NCBI GenBank assembly: GCA_003693705.1
Contig: RBZT01000659.1
Location: forward strand, 1 to 40,528
DNA length: 40,528 nt
Reading direction: 5' to 3'
Source of the DNA: Polymyxa betae A26-41
Lineage: Eukaryota; Protista; Endomyxa: Phytomyxea
A program made the translations under genes and the position numbers. Shown one piece after another: positions 21,436-40,528 of the stretch (position 1 is its first letter; the number at the start of each line of letters is the position of its first letter). The notes under the pieces are model-generated. The model was given only the letters and a program-made list of their open reading frames with translations, made no database searches and was not told the origin of the DNA.

Positions 21436-23606
21436 ATGCATGTCCATGTCGTCCTGACCGGCCTCGTCATCGTGGCCGCGCTGGCCGCCGCCGTCCCAGG
21501 ACGGGGCGGCCCCGAGTGTCCCGACGAGGACCTCCCGAACAACGCCGCGGGCCGCTACGACGGCCTCAGCGACGAGGACCGCCTGATCCTAACCCGTGTC
21601 AAATCATTCATGGCCAAGAACGGGCTCGTACTGGCCCAGCCGCCGACGGCGTCGCCGACGACGACGACGGCGCGGCCTTCGACTCCGACCTTCGAGGACT
21701 TGATGTCAGCCTGGGTCGCCCAACAACAACAGCAGCAGCAGCAGCAACAGCAGCAGCCTCCGGCGGCGCAGCCCGGGGCCAGTACGCCGTCGTCGTCGTC
21801 GCGACTGTTCATGCCGTCGCCGCACGGCGGCTCGCTGTATGACGGCGGCCGGACAGGACGGGGCGCGCCGCGGCCTGCGTTTCCGCCACGGCAGACGCTG
21901 GCCGAAGTCCCGGTTCAGGCCGCCACGGTCAAGGGTAACGTTGCCCCAGTCGCGGCTGGTAACGCGACCCGGCCGGGGGCGACTCCGGAACCCGAGCGCC
22001 ACGGCGCCCGTACGCGAACGTCGCCGACCCGAACCGATCGCAGCCCGATGTTGGTCGTACCGGTCGCGGCGTTCCCGATGTTGGAGGGCGGACGCAATAA
22101 TCAGACCAAATCAGGCGCCAAGATCGAGCAGAGACCGAACTCGTTCTGTAACGTTACCTCGCGATTCAGGTTGATGTTACCAACCGAACTGACACGTTTC
22201 GATACAGATAGCAGCCGGCGTGGAACGGCTGGCCCATTGACTCCGAAGCCGATCTCGAATAGCCCTCGAGTGGGTCCTAGTAACGTCAAACGAAACGTAA
22301 CGACTCCGATGCCAGGTAACGTTCTCAGTTCCTCTTTCGCTATCCTGCATTTTGCTTCGTATTAGGGCTTTGGGTTTAGGGTTCTAACAACTGGTTGATT
22401 TCTTGATTTCGATTGTTATGCGGGTTTCACGATACTGATGATCTATGTTACATGCAGCTTCAGGCCGAGACGTAACGAAATCAGTCCCGACGCCAGTTCC
22501 AAGCATGCGAGAGACTCTTCCAACGAGACCGACCAAATCGGCCTGGACGCCGCCTCCAACACCGCCCAAGACTTCCATCCCGTATCCGACGTCCACCTCG
22601 ACGCCTGTAACGCCTCCGCCTACTAGCGACGCGATCAGCCCAGTGACGCCGCCGCCTACGACGAACGTGATCAGTCCCGCTCCAAGTCAAAGAGAACGCA
22701 TTGGTAACGTAATACTAGAGCAGCCCCCCTTTGTCGTTTCCAGTTTTTGTTGAATTTTCAAAAGTTTTTTTGATTTTCATTTTGTCGAACTTTTTCGTAC
22801 GCAACTTTTTCGTTCGCATTTTATTAGGTTGGATGATAAGTTAGGGTTTAGGGGTTCACTATTATTTTCAGCATTTCTCTCGCTGCTTTCTTTGGGAGCA
22901 TTCTTGCCTTCATTTTCATGATTTTTGCCAATAAAATCTGGCCACTTTTTGTTACAGTTTTTTCTATCATTTTTGCGATGATTCTTCTCAAGGATTCTAA
23001 TTGCATTCTGTAGTAACGCCGGCGCCTCTCAATACGGCTTCGACTGACAACGTCGTCGCTAACCAGACCGACATCACCCCTGATACGTTACTCAACGTTT
23101 CGGAAACCAGCCTGTCGAACGTTACCGATCCCGTTAACGTTCCTGAAACGGGCTCGGACTCTCTCCCTGAGATCACAGCCGAATCGAACTCGACCAGCCC
23201 GATTCCGGACGACAATACAGCGGGCAACGTTACCGAGATCGAGCCTGTCCCAGTCGACAGTAATGCCACTGACGTTACCTCGCCGACCGATGAACCCGCC
23301 GTTAACGTTACCACGCTGCGGCCGGCACTGAAGAACGTAGCGACACCGTTGCCGAAGACGCCGTTGGTGCTCCCGTCCGAAATGGATATCGACGCTGTGA
23401 AGGCGCTGGAGACGAATCGGACCTACACCAATCGATCGGCGTTGGCGGAGACAGCCCCGGAGTCTGACGATACCTCGGAGCAGCAGGCTGAGATGAATCT
23501 TGAAGAGGACGAGAAGGTCGAGTCGCAGATCGAGCCTGAGGCGATTTCCGACGATGATGGAGACGACGATGATTTTGACGATGATGATTTTGATGATGAG
23601 TTCTGA
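21436..23606 (+). CDS. Secreted mucin-like glycoprotein (about 572 aa) with polyQ, many N-x-S/T sequons and an acidic tail; 3 exons
   Basis: Signal peptide MHVHVVLTGLVIVAALAAA. Exons 21436-22315, 22458 (or 22464)-22703 and 23014-23606 are joined in frame by two phase-1 GT-AG introns. Q12 at 21721-21756; ends DDDDFDDDDFDDEF. Confidence 0.8.
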
Positions 23607-24359
23607 GAGACGAACGAGTATCAGTCGTCATGTAACGAATCTCGGTTGTTAATGTTAATGTTACGTTTCAGTAAACAATACCCGAAATCCCAACTGGCAT
23701 GATCGCTATCAGCATCAACCCCTTTTGTAGCGAATCCTGTGCTAGTGGAAACGTTAGCTCCAGTTAGGAACAGTAACATTAGCATGATGTCGTTACATCT
23801 GCAACGGTCATACAATGATACAATCTCCTTACAATCGCTGTGCTTCAGAGAATACAGTTAAAGCGAAGAAAATGTTAAAAATTATTGCGAGGCTCGTCAG
23901 AGTCTTGACTTCGATCATCAAACATATTTTCGACTATTTTTCTTGCCGAGAGCCTTTTTTTTCCTACAGCTTTTTCGACAGGAAAAAAAGTTACAGTTTA
24001 ATTTTCACTTTCCTCGAAGCAAAAAAGTGCAGGATCTTGATTATCTGGGTGAGCTGACTGGAAGATGCTGCTTATCTTGTAAAGAGCTACGTGACCCAGC
24101 CAGATTTCTGTTCTATGCAATCGTGATCGCTATCAGTGGCGAGTTTCCTACAAAGGCCCATAGCTCTGGATTCCAGCTAGATTGAGGCCTAGTGACAGCA
24201 GCATGAACGTGAAATCAGGGAAGTTCCGACGAAATCGTTTCCGCATGAGTCATCCTTGCTCATAATCGGCCCGAAAACGCCAATCGAACTATGTTTCGTG
24301 ATAAGAGGGCTGGAATTGTCGAATCTAATGGAAATGCAAGAGAACAATAATAACTAGTA

Positions 24360-24379
24360 CAATCCAATCCAATCCAATC
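24360..24379 (+). repeat. (CAATC)4 microsatellite
   Basis: CAATCCAATCCAATCCAATC. Confidence 0.85.
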
Positions 24380-25957
24380 AGGTTTCTACTTCTGTTAACA
24401 TTATCGGGGGCGTCAACTGGAAAGGGGCAGCTGTACTATGACAATAACTTCAGCCATTCGTAAACAGCGAATTTGGGAACAGGTTAAAACAGACAAAAAT
24501 GATCAGAATTGAGAGCGGTAATCAATGAGCATCGCATGATGACATAACAGAATGCAGGAAAGAGTCCTTAAAAACAGTCGAAATTTCACATTATCGACAA
24601 CAATGTCTTGACCATCAGAAGCATTCGATGGTAAGGATTAAAGTAGGAGAGAAATGAGTTTCGAGAAATTTGTAGTAATTTTGCTGCAAGTTTCTATGAT
24701 GTTTCATTTATTGGATTCTATTTAAACTCTCCAACAGAATGCCATCCAGACTCCATCAATTGCTTTTGGCAAGTTCTCTACGAGCAAATGAGACCCTATT
24801 GGGTTATTTTGCAATCCAATCATGCTTAGACCCATCATACTGTATCCCATCTTTAACCGAAAATTTGGAATGCTCGCAGTCTGTAGTGCCATCGCCAAGT
24901 TGAGAGTTGTAAGGTCTATATCTTGGCTCACAGTATGGAAACAAGAATTGTGGTGGAGGCATTGAACATGTTTGCCCATGACCATTGTCAATTCATAGCA
25001 GATTGTGACCTCAAGGTTGATTTACATAGTGGCTATTGTCGTAATACCCTAAACTTTAGCATCTTTGCACATTTTTATATGAAGGATTTCATCGAAACGA
25101 TGAAATTGCACTCCTTTTAAATGCGAAACATTGGGGCCGTTGACTTTGTCATCAGAGCGGTAGTAATCGTGTAGCCTGGCAGAAAATACGGGCCAATACA
25201 CACTTGACGAAGAAAATGAAGATTCTGAATTTCCTCTTAATCATTCTTACTGGGCCAGTACAGCATTTCACAAACGAATTCGAGCTCATTGAGATGATTT
25301 TCACATTTGATGAATCGTCAATTCGCGACCGACGTATTTCTTTCGTGTATGCAATAAAATGTTTCAATGGTACTCAACGATGATGAAATTGATTCTGTAA
25401 GGTCGCCGGTCAGAGTGACGTCGTGAAGCTCGCGAAGGAGGTAACGATAAAGGGGATTGTTCGCCATCTTCAAAGTCGCTCGTTTTCGCTGTAGCAAGGG
25501 CGTCGGTCGAGGTCGCGGGAGGGTTCACCTCCAGTCCATTTCCGACCGTGGCTGTGTCATCCCTGCTCACTTATACCAGGCGATAGATTTTTATAAGAGC
25601 ATAGCACGATTCGGCAACATTCTTGTTCTAACAGCACCTCAATCTTGTTTTTGAGATCAAGGACCGTCCAGCAGGGCCAACACTGCTCAGGATTTTCAGC
25701 TACCGATGTAAGACAAGCTAAAAGATTCAAGAGGACTCGGGTAGCAGCTACTCGACGCTTCTTGAAGAACGAAAAAGAGGCATGAGTCATGCAAGCCCCA
25801 TCGACACCTTAGAATTGCAGAGATGATCAGCACAGGAGAACCGAAGATTGGTATTATGGCTCTAATAGCCGACTACGTCCAGAGAATATGAGACGGTACG
25901 ACCAACACGACCGTAACAGATATAGAATAGTGCTGTTTCTGTGTATATTGAGAAGGT

Positions 25958-26297
25958 TTAAGCGCTGACAGCCTTGGTCTTCATTTCTCGTAGACGACGG
26001 ATTGTGGATCGGACGGTCATGGCCTGAGCGGTGCTGCAATCGTTGCTTAGAAAGAGCCGGAGCATCATAGAGCGAGACTTACTTGACGGTGTAAGCGCCA
26101 CCAGCGACGACCTTACGGCAGGCATTGCAGCCCCAGATTCCAACGACCTGACGCTTGACGGCGTCCTTGCCGCAGAACGAGCAGGTGTACTTGGCGTGCT
26201 GGCTCACCTCGATCTTCTTGATCTGCTTACGCAGCGAGGCACCGTAACGGGTTCCATACTTGCCAGTGATGCCGACCTTCTTGGTACGCTTGGCCAT
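25958..26297 (-). CDS. RPL37A: 60S ribosomal protein eL43 (L37a), 96 aa, 2 exons
   Basis: [44 protein letters not shown]...WGCNAC... is unmistakable. Exons 26297-26083 and 26033-25958; 49-nt GTAAGT...TGCAG intron at 26082-26034. Confidence 0.98.
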
Positions 26298-26399
26298 GGC
26301 GACGACGAGGACGAATCAACAAACGAGAGAGGAAGTCACGGAGTCCGTGACGGGGCGAGCTCGCCATCAACTATAGGAGCAATGCGTTAACATCATCAG

Positions 26400-26613
26400 A
26401 AAAAATTGCGACAGTGATTTCAAACTTGCGTCAGGTCACTTTGTAAAGTGTGCGCGCAGTTGCTGTTTTTACACTTTTGATGTGGAGAATTTCACGATCT
26501 GCGAAAAAACTGCGACTAAGTTTTCAAAACTTGCGTCAGTTCACTGGGCAAAATATGCGCGTAACTGAAGTTCTTGCACTTTTATTGATGTTGAGAAATT
26601 TCATGATCTGCGA
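26400..26613 (+). repeat. Diverged tandem duplication, about 105 bp x 2, upstream of RPL37A
   Basis: Both units share TTTCAAA(A)CTTGCGTCAG(G/T)TCACT, TGCGCG and TTGATGT(G/T)GAGAA(A)TTTCA(C/T)GATCTGCGA. Confidence 0.8.
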
Positions 26614-26779
26614 GCGGTTTGTCGTACAGTTTGACGCTGAACAATCTACGAAATTTGCAAGCGTTTGACAGTCGAAGCAGACGAGCTAACTCGCGCCTGA
26701 GAGACCGAAAAATCATACGTCAACATGGTCGTTTAGAAGGTGCGATTCCCAGTCAAAACAAACATCGCTTGCAAAGAGA

Positions 26780-27800
26780 ATGCTCTTGACTTTACAGCCA
26801 AGGTTTTGAAAGCAGGAATTCTTTTGGACTCGTTTAGTGTTTGTAGCAACTCAAGGAATATAATGCTCAACTTAGTTTTGGGATGGCAATCATTTTATCA
26901 CTCAAAACGCCTGGATAGATTCAAACGAAAGCTTGTCGACATTCTTACGCTCCAATGCAGCCGGGCAACGTTCTCCGCTTTCTGGGCTCTATTTTTGCCT
27001 GAACCGATGGTGGACATTTGCCATCCTAAATATTAGCATCAAATGCTCGAATATGATCATAATACTGCCACAGAAACTCGCCATGATCAAGTAGACGCCA
27101 GATGTTCAATATTGCATCAATCCAACACAAACGTTCGATAAGTCTGTAGAACGATATTTTTAAGGCGCAAAATTACTCCTGCTCTCAAGAAGAGTTAGAA
27201 AGTGAAAAAAAAGTGTTGAAAGCAGTAAAAGGATGTGAGCAAGAAAAGGGAAAAATAAGTGTAATGCAGAAAAGATCTATATGCTATGACATAAAAAAAA
27301 ACTGAAAAAACCAAAAGACCTTTGAAACTTTCTCACCGTTTCTAAACCCCCAATCAGATATCTTAGCAAGAAGTCACTCGATCATCCTTGCATGATACGG
27401 GCGAATAGCCGAGAAGCAATTTTCGAAAAGCGAGCTCGGCCAAATCGAACCCGCAGAGCTCACCAGGATATCATGAGGGCAGAATTTCTGATAGAAGAGC
27501 TAGAGAGAGAAGGGCGTCCACATCGTTACTGAAACGTTCAATGATCTTTCTGGCAGCATTTCGTGAGGCAGACGAGGACAAAGACCTGATAGAGCCATTC
27601 GCTCAAACGCGGGTCCTCACAGCAGAGCTTTCGAGCCCGAATCGCCTTCCGATACAGATGTCGACCAAGATCATTTCCTGCAAAGGTCGTCGCCACCAAT
27701 CTAAATTTGCTAAAGGCGATCTCGCGGCCCTTGATTTCGATCAACAAAGGTTCTGGCTTCAACTTTTTTCTCGGAGCTTACGAGAACGCTCCATGGATTC
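26780..27800 (-). pseudogene. Possible heavily decayed protein kinase relic
   Basis: Minus-strand fragments in kinase order: REIAFSK, DALLSL, KFCPHDIL, LLAKISDWGF, FAP*, LLQTLNESKRIPA. Many stops and shifts. Confidence 0.3.
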
Positions 27801-30687
27801 GCGCTCGTCCTCATCTGGCGCCCTTCCCTTTGATAGCTGCTTTAGCAAGAACGAGAGAGAATCACATTCAAAGCAAAGCACGACATTTTTATAAATACAA
27901 AATCTATTTTTTCTACTTTTCTGGCAGATTTTTTTGTGAACTCAAATTCTTTAGCAGGAGCGTGTAGATGGTGCCGTAGTTTAGGGCCAAATCCAGATTC
28001 AAGACCGACGGAAGTCGGTCGTGATGGCGCGCGTTGTGTCAGGCACCAGCACGGCGGCGGCGCCAGCATCGCCATCGACGCTCGTCGGCCGGGCCCATTA
28101 TGCTACGGCATCGCTATGGACGCTCGTCGTAGGAAGTTCACGTTCTTCTGACTGGGACGCGTGCCAGGCCGTACTGGCCCATACGAAGGTCGCGCTTGTT
28201 TTAGGGTCCGCTGCCGTTTCGTTTCTTAGTTGAGAAAGTCGTCAAGCCGGCTGTATTGAAGTTTCAGTTGGCTGCAATCAGAAGTCCAACGATCAAGTTC
28301 ACCAATTCGAGATGGTACTGCAGATCCTGCAGCGAATCGATCGCGTGATTACCCTCCGTTATTAAGGGTGGTCGGATTCACGAATAAAATTCGTCATCGC
28401 GGTGTTTCATCGGTTGAAAATAGCAATCATGGCCAGCAATGGCAAGTTTCGTACTGGTTTTCGAGGACGTTTGCGATCAGCTTGGCAGAGGCCAGATTGG
28501 CCGAAGAAGCCGGAGAGTATCATGATCAGGCTTTGTTGATTTGCAGATACGCTTTTCGGGCAAATGTTCCTATAACTGGAACGAAAAAAATCTCTGAATA
28601 ACAAGTGAAATGACGGAACAGAATCCCCAATAAAGCATACAAAATGGTTACTGATTTATTCGACCTAGAAACTTGAAGAAGCTGTCGCTAGCCAGGCCAC
28701 CATTGGCATTGCTGGGGGCTGGATCAGGCATCATGGGATTGTTCATTTGCAATCAACTAGCAGCGTCGACGTAATAGATATGATGTTGTGATAGAATCCA
28801 AACCCTAACCCTATCGCAAAACGTTGCTGAAATACAGGAGCTGGATGTCAAGAAAGGTTGCCTTGAAGCCAGCTGTTGAGAATGGATTTGACTGCAGCAA
28901 CCAGTTTCAGAAATGGTGACAAAAGCAGCGATCTCTACATCTCAGACCTCCAAAATCTCTAATCTGCAAGTCTGGGTGTGAGTTCCCTCACCTGTTCGCA
29001 GAATGATATTAATGCAACTTTCTAATGATATCGAAGACTGCTTTCCATCTAGTAAACTGGCAAGACCGGAATGCGCCAGAGCGACTGTTTTAATGGAAAT
29101 TCGCTTGCTGAAATGAAACTTGTGCTAAATTTCTGCAATTTCGGGATGCCCATCTGATTGCAGGTTTTATATCACGACCACCAATTGCAGTTTCGATCTA
29201 GTACGTTATGGCTGGCTTGATCAATAACAGCTGCCATAATACAACGATCGACAAGTTTGTTGCTCAATACGGTTCGAGATCGACATAAACTGGAAGCCAC
29301 CAAAATTCATTAAAGGCAAGCCTGAAATCAGGCTGAAATTTTGTCGAGTTAGTTTTGGCCGAAATCACGAAGAATAGATTTGAAAAGTTGTAGGGCCGCT
29401 GAAAGTTTGGTAACTGGTCTTCAAAACCTCAGCAATGAAAATTCAATGTTAAAATGGAAAATCTGGAAGCAGAGCAGACTTCAGGCTCTGCTATAGATTG
29501 CCCAAATCAGATTCGACATCTCCACATCACGATATTGAACTTGCAGCATATCGTTGATTCGACATCATGACCGCTGGTAGAAGCAGCCGCTAACGAGTTG
29601 AACGTAACGGGCTTCAATATCAAAGTGACGATCAAGACAGAGTTCGCCAATAAGCTCTTTCGATCAGCAGATTAAGGGAGAGATGGGTTGTTGAGACAAG
29701 GCGATGCGAAATGGTGGCCGTCGTCTGCTTTGTCATGAGCATGGCGATCCCAAACTTGAAGCGTTCGCCATGACGATCGATGCCTCGTCCTGTATGTCAG
29801 CCAGTATGAAAGCTTCACTTTGATAACAGCTCGACAGGGCCAGTATTCCGTTTTGCCAGGCTGATTCTTAATTCGACAGGTGCAGAAAGGAAATTTTTGG
29901 TTTGAATCTATGAAGCCCTTTTTGGATTGAAACTTTTACGACCTTCTAATTTGCAGCATTTGTGTGATACAACTGGTCAGTTGGATCTGACATTCTTTTC
30001 TCGATGTGAATCTTGATAGAGAGTTCAGAATGATCTACACCAACGCTAAATCACGAACAATCAAAAATTTCAGTTCAACCACGGAATAACACATTTATAT
30101 TGAAATTCGGATTTGGCATTGTTTGATTTATCAGATCTGGTTTCCAATCATTAAACCACTCCTTGGCCGTATCAGATTATGTCTTGTTGAGAGCTATGGT
30201 CACATTTCAACGAAGAGAAGTGCAAATTTGGTGTCATTGAGCAGCAGCGAATGAAGACAGTCACAAGTTCCTGCAGATTATCATTATCTTGTGATCCCGT
30301 TCATGTCGATTATGTAAAGAACAAGGTCTCATACGTCATGAAGGAACGGCCTACTGAACTGAGGACTACGTTGTTCAACAGAAAAACTCCATAATGACCA
30401 ATTGTTTAGATGATTCAGCAGAAAGCCCGATCGTGGTCATTGGATTCGAAAACCCACGTTCGAAAAAAGCTTCATTCTATAGCAAAGATACTTGGCTCCG
30501 TCTGCTCTATCGAATCCCGATCTGCAATAAAGCATCAAATAGCCAATTCTTGCACTGCTCCTTTAACAGCTCGCTCCTCGCTTGCATCCAAGTCCACAGA
30601 GCTCTTGGCTAATGAACGACGACAAGGAATCCTTCTTCTTCTTGCCTTTTCAGGTTTCTGCGTTCGCAAAACAGGAAGAATCACATT

Positions 30688-30778
30688 CCCAAAAAGTGCG
30701 TATGTGCAAAATGCGTTAGCGCACATTTATCCCCCGAAAAAATGCGTAGGAGCAAAATGCGCACGCGCACATTTATCC
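30688..30778 (+). repeat. Tandem repeat, about 45 bp x 2, in the PRP8 promoter region
   Basis: CCCAAAAAGTGCGTATGTGCAAAATGCGTTAGCGCACATTTATCC and CCCGAAAAAATGCGTAGGAGCAAAATGCGCACGCGCACATTTATCC. Confidence 0.85.
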
Positions 30779-30833
30779 TCCCCAATTTGGTGTCTCTATC
30801 GCCATTCGTTTTTGCCCCGACCGTGTCGTGGCG

Positions 30834-40014
<9,181 letters not shown>

Positions 40015-40528
40015 ATGCTTCCCAAATATAAATAAATTTGCACTTCTAATCAGTATCCAAACAAAGTCAAAACATGGTGTGTTCTATGATCGTAAACTTC
40101 AACTTTCGATATCGAATGAAATTTTTGATTTGGCTTCATTTCTATTCTGATTCAGCCCACTGCCTGCAATATGATTACCGACAAAGTTTACTTTAGAGAG
40201 TCGGAGATACCAACCCGTCGTTTAATCTCCCAGTTCACCACGCACTCAGTTCGCGATGTCCTTGAAACGCTGTCGGTTAAACTGTTTAGTTTATTTAAAA
40301 ATATCATAGAACGACTTAGGCCTCGAACGAAATCGTGCTGCACAACAGCTGTTCGAGAGGTTTCACATCTGATTCTTTCAAAATTGGACATCCTCCACAA
40401 CGATATGGTTGTCACTAAAAATTTTCTGCAGATTTTTTTAACGCCGCAAGCATTTTGTTATTCAGGTCATCCTTCGATTTTGAGTTACTTCACGAAGCGT
40501 CGGAAAGGGTTTAGGGTTAAAAAGAATA

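Noticed and set aside
19898-22289. Alternative and antisense ORFs over the two surface-protein genes, including a poly-Cys and a poly-Leu ORF
   Set aside because: Shadows of GC-rich coding sequence and the CAG/CAA polyQ tract.
24722-25570. Possible LRR gene (LTTLNL, LQNNPIG)
   Set aside because: Only isolated words with no periodic LxxLxLxxN array, and many stops.
40507-40519. Chromosome end (telomere) at the window edge
   Set aside because: Only two units followed by non-repeat sequence; interstitial.

Overview
Eukaryotic nuclear DNA from an intron-rich microbial eukaryote. Most introns are 44-54 nt; the gene style suggests a plasmodiophorid/rhizarian-like protist, which is inference only. 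The right end holds two intact housekeeping genes: PRP8 (30834-40014, +, 29 exons, about 2345 aa, one GC-AG intron, no intein) and RPL37A/eL43 (25958-26297, -, one intron). The first ~30 kb is accessory DNA. Mobile elements: a complete non-autonomous Mutator-like element (33-bp perfect TIRs, 9-bp TSD) with two related remnants, and a 3'-truncated LINE (ORF1 plus APE endonuclease). Decayed genes: a frameshifted alpha-kinase, an F-box-like pseudogene and a probable kinase relic. Other genes: a spliced gene with three copies of an unrecognised Cys-containing repeat, an ankyrin-tail gene, two copies of a secreted-protein leader cassette, and a divergent pair of intact secreted surface glycoproteins. 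Short telomere-type repeats (TTAGGG/TTTAGGG dimers) recur about 11 times, often in introns or intron-like segments just before AG, and twice in frame as Pro-Asn runs. There is a 109-nt assembly gap at 1663-1771. All family calls come from motif recognition by eye; no searches were run.
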